Below are positions 12,771 through 25,493 of a DNA stretch of 64,000 bases, piece after piece. Origin of the DNA: Mobula hypostoma. Taxonomy: Eukaryota. A program made the translations under genes and the position numbers. Numbering within the stretch: position 1 is the first letter of the stretch; each line of letters opens with the position of its first letter. Under the pieces are notes generated by a model. It did no database searches and was not told the origin of the DNA. It saw only the letters and a list, made by a program, of their open reading frames with translations. The stretch is from NCBI RefSeq assembly GCF_963921235.1, contig NC_086101.1, forward strand, positions 90,148,001-90,212,000, read 5' to 3'.

Positions 12771-13197
12771 CACTCAGTTGCTACTTTATTAGCTACACTT
12801 GCTTGTTAATACAAATATCTAATCAGCCATTCATGTAGCATAAGAGCATAATAAATGGTCAAGAGCTTCAGTTGTAATTTTGTATGTGGCCTATCAGTGG
12901 CATCAACAGAGCTTTACCAGGAAGGATTTCTCGCAGGTCGGTGGAGGTTATTTAAAAAGGGAGCTTTGCGAGTGTTTGTCCATTGTACATGGCCTATCAG
13001 CAGAGCACCACTTGTGAGATAGATAGCCGGGAAGGTTCAGGCATAAAAGGGAGACACTGCCTAGCGGAGCGGTCGTCAAAGGAGCAGTCATTGACGGAGT
13101 GATCTGAGACAGAGTGGTAGGGCTTTGGCTCATTTGGGCTTCAGCGATATTGGGTCAAGGCGAGGTAAGTTACCTGAGAGGAATAGAAACAGGAATT

Positions 13198-14110
13198 ATG
13201 GCTGTGAAGCCAGTGTTCTGCAGGGTCTCAGATGTGAGAATTCCTGGAGACTCCCAGCCTCCCGGGCGGCCACATTTGTGCCAGGTGCGTCGAGCTGCAG
13301 CTCCTTAGGGACCAGATTAGGGAACTGGAGGTGCAGCTTGATGACTTTGTCTGGTCAGGGAAAGTGAGGAGGTGACAGAGGTAAGCTATAGGCAAGTAGT
13401 CACACCAGGGCCTCAGGAGAGAGATAAGTGGGTAATAGTCAGGAGAAGGAAGATACTAGAGAGTATCCCTGTGGCTGTCCCACTTAACAATAAGTTTTGC
13501 TGTTTGAGTACTGTTAGGGGGTATGGCCTACCTGGGGGAAGCAACAGTGGCTGTGCCTCTGGCACAGAGTCTGACCCTGTGGCTCAGAAGGGTAGGGAAA
13601 GGAAGTGGATGGTATCAGTGATAGGGGACTCTATAGTTAGGGGGTCAGACAGGTGATTCTGAGGACGCAGGAAAGAACACAAATGGTAGTTTGCCTCCCA
13701 GGTGACAGACCCGGGATGTTTCTGATCACGTCCACAATATCCTGAAGTGGGAAGGAGAACAGCCAGAGATTGTGGTACATATTGGTACCAACAACATAGG
13801 TAAAGGGAGAAGGTCCTAAAAACAGACTACAGGGAGTTAGGAACAAAATTGAGAAGCAGGACCTCAAAGGTTGTAATCTCAGGATTATTGCCTGTGCCAC
13901 GCGACAGTGAGTATAGGAATAGAGTGAGGTGGAGGATAAATGTGTGACTGAGGAATTGGAGTGGGGGCAGGGATTCAGAGTTCTGGATCATTGGGACCTC
14001 TTTTGGGGCAGGCTTGACCTGTACAAATAGGACGGGTTGCACTTGAATCCAAGGGGACCAATATCCTAGCAGGGAGGTTTTCTAAGGTTATTGGGGAGAG
14101 TTTAATCTAG
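13198..14110 (+). pseudogene. CR1 ORF1 remnant: Cys-rich zinc finger/leucine zipper plus SGNH(GDSL) esterase
   Basis: ATG at 13198; ICARCVELQLLRDQIRELEVQL; VIGDSIVRG; VHIGTN; DGLHLN; broken by frameshifts and stops. Confidence 0.85.
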
Positions 14111-14239
14111 AATTGCTGGGGGGTGGGAACCGAACTGAAGAGATGGAGGAAGGGGCGGTTGGCTCACAAATAGAGAAAGCTTGGAGACAGTACGAGAGGA
14201 GGATAGGCAGGTAATAGAGAAGGGATGCGCTCAGACCGA

Positions 14240-17200
14240 TGGTTTGAGATCTGTCTACTTTAATGCCAGAAGCATCATGAACAAAGTGGATGAGCTAAGA
14301 TCAGCACTTGGAGCTATGATGTTGTGGCCATTACAGAGATTTGGATGGCTCAGGGGCAGGAATGGTTACTTAGAGTACCAGGCTTTAGATGTTTCAGAAA
14401 AGATAGGGAGGGAGGCAAAAGAGGTGGGGGCATGGCACTGCTGATCGGAGATAGTGGCACAGCTGCAGAAAATGAGGAAGTCATGGACGGATTTTCTACT
14501 GAGTCTCTGTGGGTGGAAGTTAGAAACAGAAAGGGGTCAATAACAGTACTGGGTGATTTTTATAGATCACCCAATACTAACAGGGACATCGAGGAGCAGA
14601 TAGGGAGACAGATTCTGGAAAGGTGTAATAATAACAGGGTTGTCATGGAGGGAGATTTTAATTTCCCAAATATTGATTGGCATCTCCCTAGAACTAGGGA
14701 CTGAGATGAGGTGGAATTTGTTAGGTATGTTCAGGAAGGTTTCCTGACGCAATATGTAGATAAGCCTACCAGAAGAGAGGCTGTACTTGATCTGGTATTG
14801 GGAAAAGAACCTGGTCAGGTGTCTGGTCTCTCAGTGAGAGAACATTTTGGAGATAGTGATCACAATTCTATCTCCTTTACCATAGCATTGAAGAGGGATA
14901 GGAACAGACAAGTTAGGAAAGCATTTAGTTGGGGTAAGTGGAAATATGAAGTTATCTTTCTTTTCAAATTTTTTATTGTTATATTATACAAAAGAAATAA
15001 TGAGTACATAGATGTAACAACACTTACAATATCTCAAAAAAGACATTATCTTAAAGATTGAAAAAAATTTTTGTGATAACAAAAAAACCTACTAAGCAGA
15101 AAAAGTGAGAAAAAAAAGAACCCATTAGGTGTACAACCCTGGAGTCATGCGTCATACAAAAAGCTTCTAAAAATAAACATCAAACCACCAGCAAGAAAAG
15201 AAAATATACTAAAAAATTTGCAATTAGATTGTGGAAAAAATCTGTCAATTCGCTCAAATGATAATAACGAGCACATGAGCCCCATTTATCCTCAAAATCA
15301 AATAAAGGTTCAAAGGTTTGACTTCTAATTTTCTCCAAACTAAGACATAGCATCACTTGAGAGAACCATTGTGACAAAGAGGGAGCTGATGTATCCTTCC
15401 ACTAATATAGAACAAGACTAAAACATATGTGCCAGTGTAGCTATCTCAGTTTTACATCTATCACAATGACTATCGACATTAGAAAAGATTTTAGAAAGTC
15501 TCTTCTTCGTCAAATGATAACAACGTACAATTTTAAATTGAATCAATGAATGGATAGCACAAATTGAAGAAGAGTTAACCAACTTCAAAATCCGCATCCA
15601 ATCCTTCGTCATAAAAGTCAAATTGAGTTCCTTTTCCCAATCCTGTTTAATCTTAGATAAAGGATGCTTATCCCATTGTAATAATAAATTATAAATTCTT
15701 CCACTAGAACCCTTGATCGAAGGATTCATAGTCATAATAGTATCTAACAGGTCAGCCTCCAATATGTAAGGAAAATTACTTAAATATTTTTATAAAAATG
15801 TCTAACATGAAGGTATTGCAGAAAGTGTGAGTATGAAAGAGAATATTTATCAATTCATTGTTCAAAATACATCAATCTATTTTCTTTAAATAAATCCAAA
15901 AAAGAATTAATACCTTTATTTTTCCAAAGTAAAAAAATTGGATCAATCAAAGAAAGCTTAAAACAGTAATTTCAATAAATTAAACTACAAAGTTTAAATT
16001 TTTTAAGATTAAAAAAATTGCAGAACTGGAGCCAAATTTGTAAAGAATACTTAATCACAGGATATAGGTTTAAATTAACAACTTCAGCTAATTGCATAGG
16101 TAAAGCAGTTCCCAATAACGAGGTTAAATAAAACTGTTTTACAACTTTCAGTTCCAGGTCTACCCAAATTGGCCGATCACTCTTATCAACCCAATATAAC
16201 CAAAAAGACATGTATCGCACATTAACAACCCAATAATACATTCTCAGATTAGGCAAAGCAAGACCTCCATCCTTTTTCAATTTTTGTAAGTGACATTTAC
16301 TACTTCCTGGTCTTTTATTATTCCAAATAAAAGATAAAATAATAGAATCGATTGATCAAAAAACTTCCTAGTCAAAAAAAAAGGAATATTCTGAAATAAA
16401 TATAAAAATTTTGGTAAAATCATCATTTTAACTATATGAATACGACCAACAAGTGACAATGTAAGTGGACTCCATCTACTAAATTAATACTTCATAGTCT
16501 ACTAAAGGAACAAAATTGGCTTTATAAAGATACCTATATTTTTTAGTAATTATAATACCTAAATATCTAAAAGAATCTGTGACTTTAAAAGGAGTATTAT
16601 CATATATAGAGACAGAATCATTTAAAGGAAACAATTCACTTTTACTAAAGTTTATTTTATATCCTGAAAAACCTCCAAATTCGTTAAATAATTTTAGCAA
16701 GGCAGGAATAGATTCATCAGGATTAGATATATAAACCAATAAATCATCAGCGTAAAGAGAGATCTTATGCATGGTCTCATTCACAATAACCCCATGGATA
16801 TTTTTAGCCTCACGAAGAGCAATAGCAAGGGGTTCTACTATTAAATTAAACAACAAAGGACTTAATGGACAGGCATGCCTTTTCCTCCGTGAAAGCTGAA
16901 AAAAGGAGATCTACAATTGTTAGTGACAACAGTAACAATAAGGGCTTTATATATCATTTTAATGCAATTATTAAAATTAGCACCAAAGCCAAATTTCTCT
17001 AAAACATTGAATAAATATTTCCATTCGACTCGATCGAGCGCTTTTTCAGCATCCAAAGATACAACACATTGTAGAGTTTTAAAAGAGGATGAATATATAA
17101 TGTTAAATAGTCTACGAACATTTGAAAAAGAATAGTGACCCTTTATAAAGCCTGTTTGATCTTTAAAAATAATTTTACCCAAAATATTTTCTAACCTATT

Positions 17201-19319
17201 GGCCATTATCTTTGACAGAATCTTAGCGTCGACATTCAGTAATGAAATAGGTCTATATGAAGCACAGTCAGTGGGATCTTTATCTTTTTAAGAAGCTATC
17301 AGGTAGGAACTTGGAAGCATAAATTGGGAACAGATGTTCTCAGAGAAATGTATGGCAGAAATGTGGCAAATGTTCAGGGGGAGTTTGTGTGATGTTCTGC
17401 ATTGGTACATTCCAATGAGACATGGAAAGGATGGTAGGTTACAGGAACCCTGGTGTACAAAGGTTGTTGAAAATTTAGTCAAGAATAAAAGAAAAGCTTA
17501 CGAAATGTTCAAAAAACTAGGTAATAATAGAGATCTAGAAGATTATAAGACTAGCAGGAAGGAGCTTAAGAATGAAATTAGGAGAGCAAGAAGGAGCTAT
17601 GAGAATCCTTGGCGAGCAGGACTAAGGAAAACCCCAAGGCATTCTACAAGTATGTGAAGAGCAAGAGGATCAGACGTGAGAGAATAGAACCAATCAAGTG
17701 TGTTAGCGGAAAAGTGTGTGTGGAGCCAGAGGAGATAACAGAGGTACTTAATGAATACTTTGCTTCAGTTCTCACTTTGGAAAAGTATCTTGGTGATTGT
17801 AGTGTTGACCTACAGTGGATTGAAAAGCTTGAGCATATAGACATTAAGAAAGAGGATGTGCTGGAGCTTTTGGAAAGCATCAAGTTGGATAAGTCACCGG
17901 GACCAGATGAGATGTACCCCAGGCTACTGTGGGAGTCGAGGAAGGAGATTGCTGAGCTTCTGGTGATGATCTTTGCATCATCACTGGAGACGGGAGAGGT
18001 TCCGGAGGATTGGAGGGTTGCGGATGTTGTTCCCTTCTTCAAGAACAGGAGTAGAGATGGCCCAGGAAATTATAGACCAATGAGTCTTACTTCAGTGTTT
18101 GGTAAGTTGATGGAGAAGATCCTGAAAGGCAGGATTTTTAGAACATTTGGAGAGGCATAATATGATTTGGAATAGTCAGCATGGTTTTGTCAAAGGCAGG
18201 TTGTGCCTTACGGGCCTGATTGATTTTTTTGAGGATGTGTCTAAACACATTGCTGAAGGTAGAGCAGTAGATGTAGTGCATATGGATTTCAGCAAATTAT
18301 TTGATAAGGTACCTCATGCAAGGCTTATTGAGAAAGTAAGAGGGCATGGGGACCTTGCTTTGTGGATCCAGAATTGGCTTGCCCACAGAAGCAAAGAGTG
18401 GTTGCAGACAGGTCACGTTCTGCATGCAGGTCGGTGACCATTGGTTAGAGATATGTTCTGGCGCCCCTTCTCTTTGGGATTTTTAATAAATGACCTGGAT
18501 GAGGAAGTAGAGGGATGGGTTAGTTAATTTGCTGATGACATAAAGGTTGGGGGTGTTGTGGATAGCTTGGAGGGTTGTCAGAGGTTACAGCAGGATATTG
18601 ATAAGATGCAAAACTGGGCTGAGAAGTGGCAGATGGAGTTCAACACAGTTAAGTGTGAGGTGGTTAATTTTGGTAGGTCAAATATGATGGTAGAATATAG
18701 TATTAATGGTAAGACTCTTGGCAGTGTGGAGCATCAGAGGGACCTTGGGGTCCGAGTCCATAGAACACTCAAAGCTGCTGCGCAGGTTGACTCTGTGGTT
18801 AAGAAGGTATACGGTGCATTGGCCTTCATCAACCATGGGATTGAGTTTAAGAGCCTAGAGGTAATGTTGCAGCTATATAGTACCCTGGTCAGACCCCACT
18901 TGGAGTACTGTGCTCAGTTCTGGTCACCTCACTACAGGAAGGATGTGGAAACTATAGAAAGGGTGCAGAGGAGATTTACAAGGATGTTGCCTGAATTGGG
19001 GAGAATCCCTTCTGAGATTAGATTGAATGAACTTGGCCTTTTCTCCTTGGAGTGACAGAAGATGAGAGATGACCTGACGGAGGTGTATACGGTGATGAGA
19101 GGCATTGATTGTGTGGATAGTCAGAGGCTTTTTCCAAGGCTGGAAAGTGGGCACAGTTTTAAGGTGCTTGGAAGTATGTCGGGTAAGTTTTTTATGCAGA
19201 GAGTGGTGAATGCTTGGAATGGGCTGCCGGCGACGGTGCTGGAGGTGGATACGATAAGGTCTTTTAAGAGACTCCTGGATAGGTATGTGGAGCTTAGAAA
19301 AATAGAGGGCTATGAGTAA
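14240..19319 (+). pseudogene. CR1 ORF2 remnant (APE endonuclease and reverse transcriptase)
   Basis: YFNARSI, GDFNFPNIDW, SDHN, KSPGPDEM, NYRPMSLTS, QHGF, MDFSKLFDKVPH, FADD, VRPHLEY; multiple frameshifts; interrupted at 14957-17291. Confidence 0.92.
14957..17291 (-). mobile_element. 5'-truncated L1/Tx1-type LINE, very AT-rich
   Basis: SYRPISLLNVD, SLDAEKALDRVEW, SLYADDLL, GGLALPNL, C-terminal CDRCK..TLAHMF; AATAAA plus A-rich tail; TSD GAAGTTATC (14948-14956) / GAAGCTATC (17292-17300). Confidence 0.92.
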
Positions 19320-21759
19320 CGCTAGGTAAGTTCTAAAGTGAGTACATGTTCGGCACAACATTGTGGCCGAAGGGTCTGTATTGTGCTGTAGGTTCTCTAT
19401 GTTTCTATGTAATTTAGAGGAATGGGTAAGAAATGTGATCTCAGTGACTTTGACCATGGAATGGATGTTGGTTCCATATGGGGATGTTTGAGTATGTCAG
19501 AAATTGCTGCTCTCCTGGGCTTTTCAGGCGTGATAGTTTATAGAGTTTATAGAGAATGGACTGAAAAATGAAAAAAAAAGACATTTATTGAGCAGCAGTA
19601 CTGTGGTTGAAAGTGCCTCGTTAGTGAGTGAGATCACAGGAGAAATGCCAGACTAGTTCAAGCTGACATGGAAGTAACAGTGTTACATTAGCGATGTGAA
19701 GAAGAGCATCTCTGAATGCACCACGTCAAACTTTGAAGTGGATGGGCTACAGCAGCATAAGACCATGAACGTAAACTCAGTGGCCACTTTGTTAGGTACG
19801 GGAGGTATGTAATAAAATGGCTGCAGTGTGTGCATTAACCCTTTCATTTCTGTGATCATTCTTGTAAACCTCCTCTGGGTCCTCTCCAATCCTTTCTTAG
19901 ATATGGGGCCCCAAGCTGCTCACGATTATACTTATTTTTAGTCATCACATATAATGGTTCCACAGCACCCTGCAGTTAGAATGACAAAGGTTCTTTGAGA
20001 GATGAAATATGCCCTTACCTCAGTCAAACATGGGCGATCCTTTAGCATGGGGCTATGCTCCCATCCCTCTCTAACCCGTTCTCCCAAATTGAGAATTTAA
20101 TGTGTTTCAGTAGTCATAGATTCATAGTGACTGTTAAACCGCAAAGCAATCAGCATTTCAGCCCAAATGGTCCATGATAACCAGGATGCCCCATGTAAGC
20201 TAGTCCAATTTACCAGCATAAACCATTCCAGGGGAAAAGACTGAGTGCATTCACCCCATCTATCTTCCTCATGATTTTATATACCTCCACCTCTATAGGA
20301 TTACTTCTCAGTGTCCTGTGCACTAAGAAATAAAGTCCCAAAAACTCAGTATCTCAACAGTTGGCAGCATTCTTGTGAATCTTTTCTGTACCATTTCCAC
20401 CTTAACAACTTTCCTCTAGCAGGGAGATCAAAACTGAACACAATATGCTGCAACAGAAGAAGATTACTTCTCATGTTTTGGAGTAATCGGTTTAGTATTT
20501 TCTCACATGACAACCGCTCCATTACTGCTATCATTCCAATAAACCTTTCTTAAAGAAAGTATCTGGTACTCTGGGTGTGATCTTACCAAAATGCTGTCCA
20601 GTTGTAGAAAAACTTTCCTATTTTAATCCTTTATCACATTGCAACAAAGGCACAATCTCTTCCACTCTGCAAAGGAGGGACACTAATCTCCAAACAAATC
20701 CCCGTGTCAAGGTCCTGCCACATAGCTCCATTTCCCAAGGTTTTTGACATGTTTCCCACTGCTTCAGCATTATGCAGTAAATTCCAGACTTTGGTGGTGT
20801 CATATTGGCCGACTATTTCTGACTAGATTAGACTTATTGGATGTTTTCTTTCCCTATTAATATAGCAAAACAAGCTTCATTCATTTTTTTAGCTGTACAC
20901 ATTATTATCAATTTTGAAGGAGCATGGGAAGTGTTTGAGAAGGGAATGCAGCAAAAAGGTTCTCAGTAAGATGCAGGAACCACCATGAACAAAACAAGCA
21001 CAGCAAATATTAGTGAGTGGAGCCAGATACCAAACACTGTGTTTCTGAAGAGTCAAATAGTGGTTTATAAGATCTTACAGCAAGTCAACATACCCAACAA
21101 AGTCCTCATCCAAATCCCCTGTGGCAGGAACCTTGTCCACCAACTTTTCCTTTCAATTGAATAATTATGATCCATTCTCCCGAATACCTAATACTAATGT
21201 TTACTGATTTTGCAAGATCTTATAACACTTCTATTAAATTCTGCTTCTTTACAGCATCAATCTAAGCTGTCATTTTCTTTCCCAAAATAGGGACTAAGGT
21301 AAGTAGGGAGCATAACTTCCACTGTGCTTTGGTCAAAACTTGACAATACTGAAGCAAGGGGAAAGGAACAACTGAAATTAAACACTAATTGGCTGGAATG
21401 TGCATGTTCTTGAGCATGATTGTCGACTCCGGTCAGCTGCCTGCCTGCAAGGGTGCCCAGGCTCAGTGGCAGACTCCAAGGTTGTGACAGAAAGCTTGCC
21501 ATTGTACATAAACAGAACTGCACGTGGCCCATATAGCACACAAGGCACTTAAGCTTGACGGTCTTTCTCATCCATGTACCCAACCAAACTTTCCTTAAAT
21601 CTTACAACTGGCAGCTCATTCCACATTCTCGCTACTGTCTGAGCAAAGAAGCTCCCTTCAGATTCACCATAAACCTATAACCTCTAGTTCTAGACTCACC
21701 CAGCCTGAGGGGAAAAAGTTTGCATGCATTCACCCTATTTATACCATATATACCAAGGG

Positions 21760-23984
21760 CTCAGTAAAAGAGGATACTCGTCATCGGGAAGGGAAATTCT
21801 GATAGGTTGATTCCTCTTGCAAGCATCTTCTCCTAATCGCATAATGTTTGTAGCTTCCTTGTTGGGGTCCCAGACGGATGGGTTTCAGGCATTTATTGAT
21901 TCTGGGGCAGCCGGGAACCTCTCTCTGGCTCAAAGATGGAGAGTTCTGACTCTGCTATTGAGAGAGAATATCAATGTCAAGGCTCTGGATAGTCAGTCTC
22001 TGACAAAAACCACCTTTCCACAGAATCCCTCCAGCTTGTGCAAGAAGGCAACCATTGAGAACAACTCTCCTATACTGGTGATGCTTGGCTTTCCCTGGCT
22101 ATCTCAACACAACCCATGGATTGATTGGCCGCTAAAGGTGCTCCAAAATGGGGACTGGCATGTCTGTCTGTCTGTCTGGGTCCATCTCAAGCCCCTGTCA
22201 CTGTAACTCTTCCTCTGCCAACTGCTAGTGTTGGCCCGTCTGATGTACCAGCTAATATGCTGACTTTCCTGAGGTCTCCAGTAAGAAGAAGGCCATTTCC
22301 TTGCTTACACACCGGCCATATCATTGCACCACTGACCTTCAACCCAGTACTAGTTCTCCCTGGGACCGGCTCTTTTCTCTTTCTCATCCTGAAACAGTGG
22401 CCATGAAAGAATACATAAGAGAAGGCAGAGCTAAGAATTTATGGTGCCCAATGGCGACTCCTTCGCTTGTATTTTCGAAAATAGTTCTATTTCCATCTTT
22501 AATATCTCTATTTTCCCCTTTCAGGGTTCTTTTGAAGACCCTGACCTGAAGTTACACGCTGACTATGGTTCTTTGCGGGAATAGGACCCGCTTTTGCGGT
22601 TCCACAATTGGCAGCTATTTGGGGTGCCAAAGTCTCGGCCTAAGAGTTCGGCACGGATTCAGAAGCCTGGGATCTTGAGTAACTGGAGACGGGTGAATCA
22701 AGGGTCGGTGTCGCCACAGGAGACCCGTGTATCATTGGGGGAGTCGGAACATCTGCTGTGTGCCTGGGGACCCGGGATTTTTGCGATCTCCAGGCACAGA
22801 GCTCGTAAAAAGTGATGTAACGGACTTTTAACACTGTAAACCAGCAAGTTGTTTGTTATCTCTCCTGCTCGTTGGAAAATGGAGTCATCTCTTTCTCCAT
22901 TATTAGGAGAGAGAGAGCCTGCAGTATGTCAAGTTATCGGGTGAACAATGTAGTCTCTGGGGTAACTGCAAGTCTATGTCTTTGCTATTGTTTTGCTCAT
23001 GCTTGACTGCTGGTAGCGGGTGCGCTTTATTTTTGCTGGTGGGGGGAGGGGGATTGTTGCTCGCTGCCGCTTATGTGCAGGAGAGGGGAGCTGTGGGGGA
23101 GACTTAGGGGTTCTAACATTTAACTGCTATTCATTCTTTGGGGCACTTCTCTGTTTTTGTGGATGGTTGCGAAAAACAAAAGCATTTCAGGATGTATATT
23201 GTATACATTTCTCTGACATTAAGTTGTACCTTTGTACCTTTGAAGAAAGCATTGGCTTTAGGGTTTATCCATCCACCAACCTTGTCAGCAGGGAGAGACT
23301 TCTTTTTAGTGAGCAAGGAGGATGGCAAACTCCGTCCCTGCATTGATTATTGGCCCCTTAACAACCTCACAGCGAAGGACTGATATCTTCTTCCCCTGTT
23401 TGCCTCTGCATTTGAGCGTCTCCAAGGAGCAACCATATTCTCCAAGATAGATCTGCGCAATGCTTACAACCTGATTTGCATCCGAGAAGGGGACGAGTGG
23501 AAGACGACATTCAACATCATCAGTGGCCACTATGAGCACCTTGTGATGCCATTTGGTCTGGCCAATGTACCTGCTGGTCAATGACGTGCTCCAGGACATT
23601 ATGAATCAGTTTTTTTTGTATATTGTATGACATTCTTATCTATTTCCCGCTCTTGCCAGGAACACATCCAGCATGTCTGGAGAGTTCTCAGATCACTCTT
23701 CGAGAATAACCTTTACACCAAGCCAGTGATGTGTGAGTTCCACAAAGAGCAGATGTCGTTCTTGGGCTACATCCTCACCCCTTCCAGTGTTCAAATGGAC
23801 CCATGTAAAGTTTAGGCAATCACAGAGTGGCCCAAACAGTTTGAGATCATACAAGTACAGGGCTTCATGGTGTCTGTAAACTCTTTTTGCAGCTTTATCA
23901 GAAACTTCAGTTCCATCACGGCCCTCATAAATGCACTCAGCAAGAAGACCTCTGTAGGATTCTTATAGGCAAGTAAACCAGATC
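21760..23984 (+). mobile_element. Gypsy (Sushi-like chromovirus) pol remnant: protease and RT
   Basis: [53 protein letters not shown]; split by the retroposon at 22421-23243. Confidence 0.9.
22421..23243 (+). mobile_element. ~820-bp non-autonomous retroposon, copy 2
   Basis: Colinear with 3029-3849; interrupts Gypsy pol between AMKEYI and ALGFIHP; tail TGTACCTTTGTACCTTTGA. Confidence 0.85.
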
Positions 23985-24079
23985 TGTCAGAGCTACAGAC
24001 TCAGCTGATGAAATCCACCGAGAGGTAGAAGCAGGGTCAGAGAGGCACAGGCAGCTGGCATAGACCTGACTGGCATGAC

Positions 24080-24791
24080 GTCTTGATAGGAGACAAAGTC
24101 GTGGATGTTCTGGGACATAGACAGCCACCAAAATCATCTTTTTATTAATTCTTGGATTGGTTAAATCCAGATGGCCAAACAGATGGTAAGAGTGATCCCA
24201 CTCCAACACTCCAGAGTCACAGTGACAGGGACAAACGGTTGGTTGGAAGGTTCCCCCTCCTGGGCCAGGATCCAGCTGTTGGACAGCCCTCACTTCTGTT
24301 TCTATTCACCAAATCACCCGGGAGGCTGTGCATGAGCGAGGACGGATGGGCTGCGGAGTGGGGTTGCCTTCAGTGATGTCAAACTGGCGGGAGAGAGCAT
24401 TAACCTCATTATTCATGCTGTCAGAATGGAAGGTGAGGGTGAAATTAACTGCAGAGCTTGAAAGGAGTTGAGTCTGTTAGCGTCACAGGTGTAGGGGAGG
24501 TTCTTGTGATCTATCCATACCAGAAATGAGTGTCCTGCCCTCTCCAGCCAGTGTTGGCATGCCTTCAAGTCTTCTTTAACAGCCAGAAGTTCTCAGTTCC
24601 TGATATCATAGTTGCACTCTGCAGGAATCAAGCAACAGGAAAGAAAGGCACAGACAGCAATGCAGCCGATCATCTACAGAGGAGCATTGAGAGAGTACAG
24701 CTCTGATGCAGCAAGCTTGATGGTGAATGGACTGAATGGGTCTGGATGTTGCAGTGGTGAAGCAAGGCTTTTGTTCCAAGAGTGCTTGGTC
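24080..24791 (-). mobile_element. Inverted continuation of Gypsy pol: RNase H and integrase zinc-binding region
   Basis: Minus-strand translation gives QHPDPF, AVLSQ, ELLAVK, HWLE..VWIDHKNL, NALSRQF, VLEWDHS..GH..FWW. Confidence 0.8.
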
Positions 24792-25245
24792 TGACAAGGC
24801 ATTCAGAAATGGCCCAAGTGTGGAGAGAAAGACACTGGAACAGGTCAATATTCACAGACTTTAATGTGATCAGGATTTTAAGGGAAAGGAAAGCAAACGC
24901 TAGACCAAACAGAACTATTAACTAAAACTTTCAAACAGAAAACTGGATGCCACCACATGGCTGAAAGGAATCTCTAAATATAAGGTGAATACAGCTTATC
25001 TCCAGCGTCAGTCAAATCGTTTGTCCTCTTTCTCAGACAACGCCAAATGCAAGCAGGCACAGTAATGTTGCTGTGCTTTGCTCAAGTCTCGACAAGTGTT
25101 ACAACGAAAAGAAGGGAGTTAAATACCACCATAATGAAACAGTAATGAGTTGAAAGGTGCATATTCACCAGCACAATTGCCAAACGGCTGTGCAGCCCAC
25201 CTGCAGGGGCATGTAGACCCTGCTGCAGAGTCTTTGGTTGTAACA
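24792..25245 (-). mobile_element. Gypsy LTR
   Basis: Minus strand: polypurine tract AGGGAGGAGGG, then TGTTACA... ending ...TGTCA. Confidence 0.6.
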
Positions 25246-25329
25246 CGTCCCTCCTCCCTAGGTGCAGCTCCAGAGGTGCCACGGACCTGTGCACACAGGA
25301 AGTCCCAGATGAGACACTTGTCCAAGATG

Positions 25330-25490
25330 TAATTCAAGGGGATTCAAGGATGTTCTTCAGGACCATACACTTCCCAATCCACATGGTACTGGACCATACT
25401 TTGTACCCGGAGAGATGCCAGGAGACACCGCACAGTATAGCCCAGGGAACCATCCACCAAGTAAGGAGGAGATGTACCTGAAATGGAAAA
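25330..25490 (-). mobile_element. Gypsy integrase chromodomain remnant
   Basis: Minus frame YTVRCLLASLRVQSMVQYHVDWEVYGPEE resembles the chromovirus motif YLVDWEGYGPEE. Confidence 0.75.
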
Positions 25491-25493
25491 GAG

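Larger units (their letters stand above)
12881..19407 (+). mobile_element. Near full-length CR1 LINE (inactive), containing an L1 insertion
   Basis: TSD TGTAATTT at 12873-12880 and 19408-19415; 5' UTR, ORF1 and ORF2 in order; (TTCTATG)n tail. Confidence 0.95.
12771..19832 (+). mobile_element. Tc1-derived MITE split by a full-length CR1 (parts 12771-12872 and 19416-19832)
   Basis: TA followed by TIR-like CACTCAGTTGCTACTTTATTAG; the two parts are colinear with the intact copy at 27051-27625. Confidence 0.8.

Noticed and set aside
13372-14110. Host or horizontally acquired GDSL esterase gene
   Set aside because: SGNH esterase is a known CR1 ORF1 domain; it recurs in several CR1 copies here and is disrupted
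20965-21050. Minus-strand terminal exon with a hydrophobic tail (NTVFGIWLHSLIFAVLVLFMVVPASY*)
   Set aside because: Short and T-rich, with no linked exon; easily chance
21255-21298. Plus-strand exon ending at AAG|GTAAGT
   Set aside because: Stops in all three frames; could only be non-coding or an 8-nt microexon, with no support
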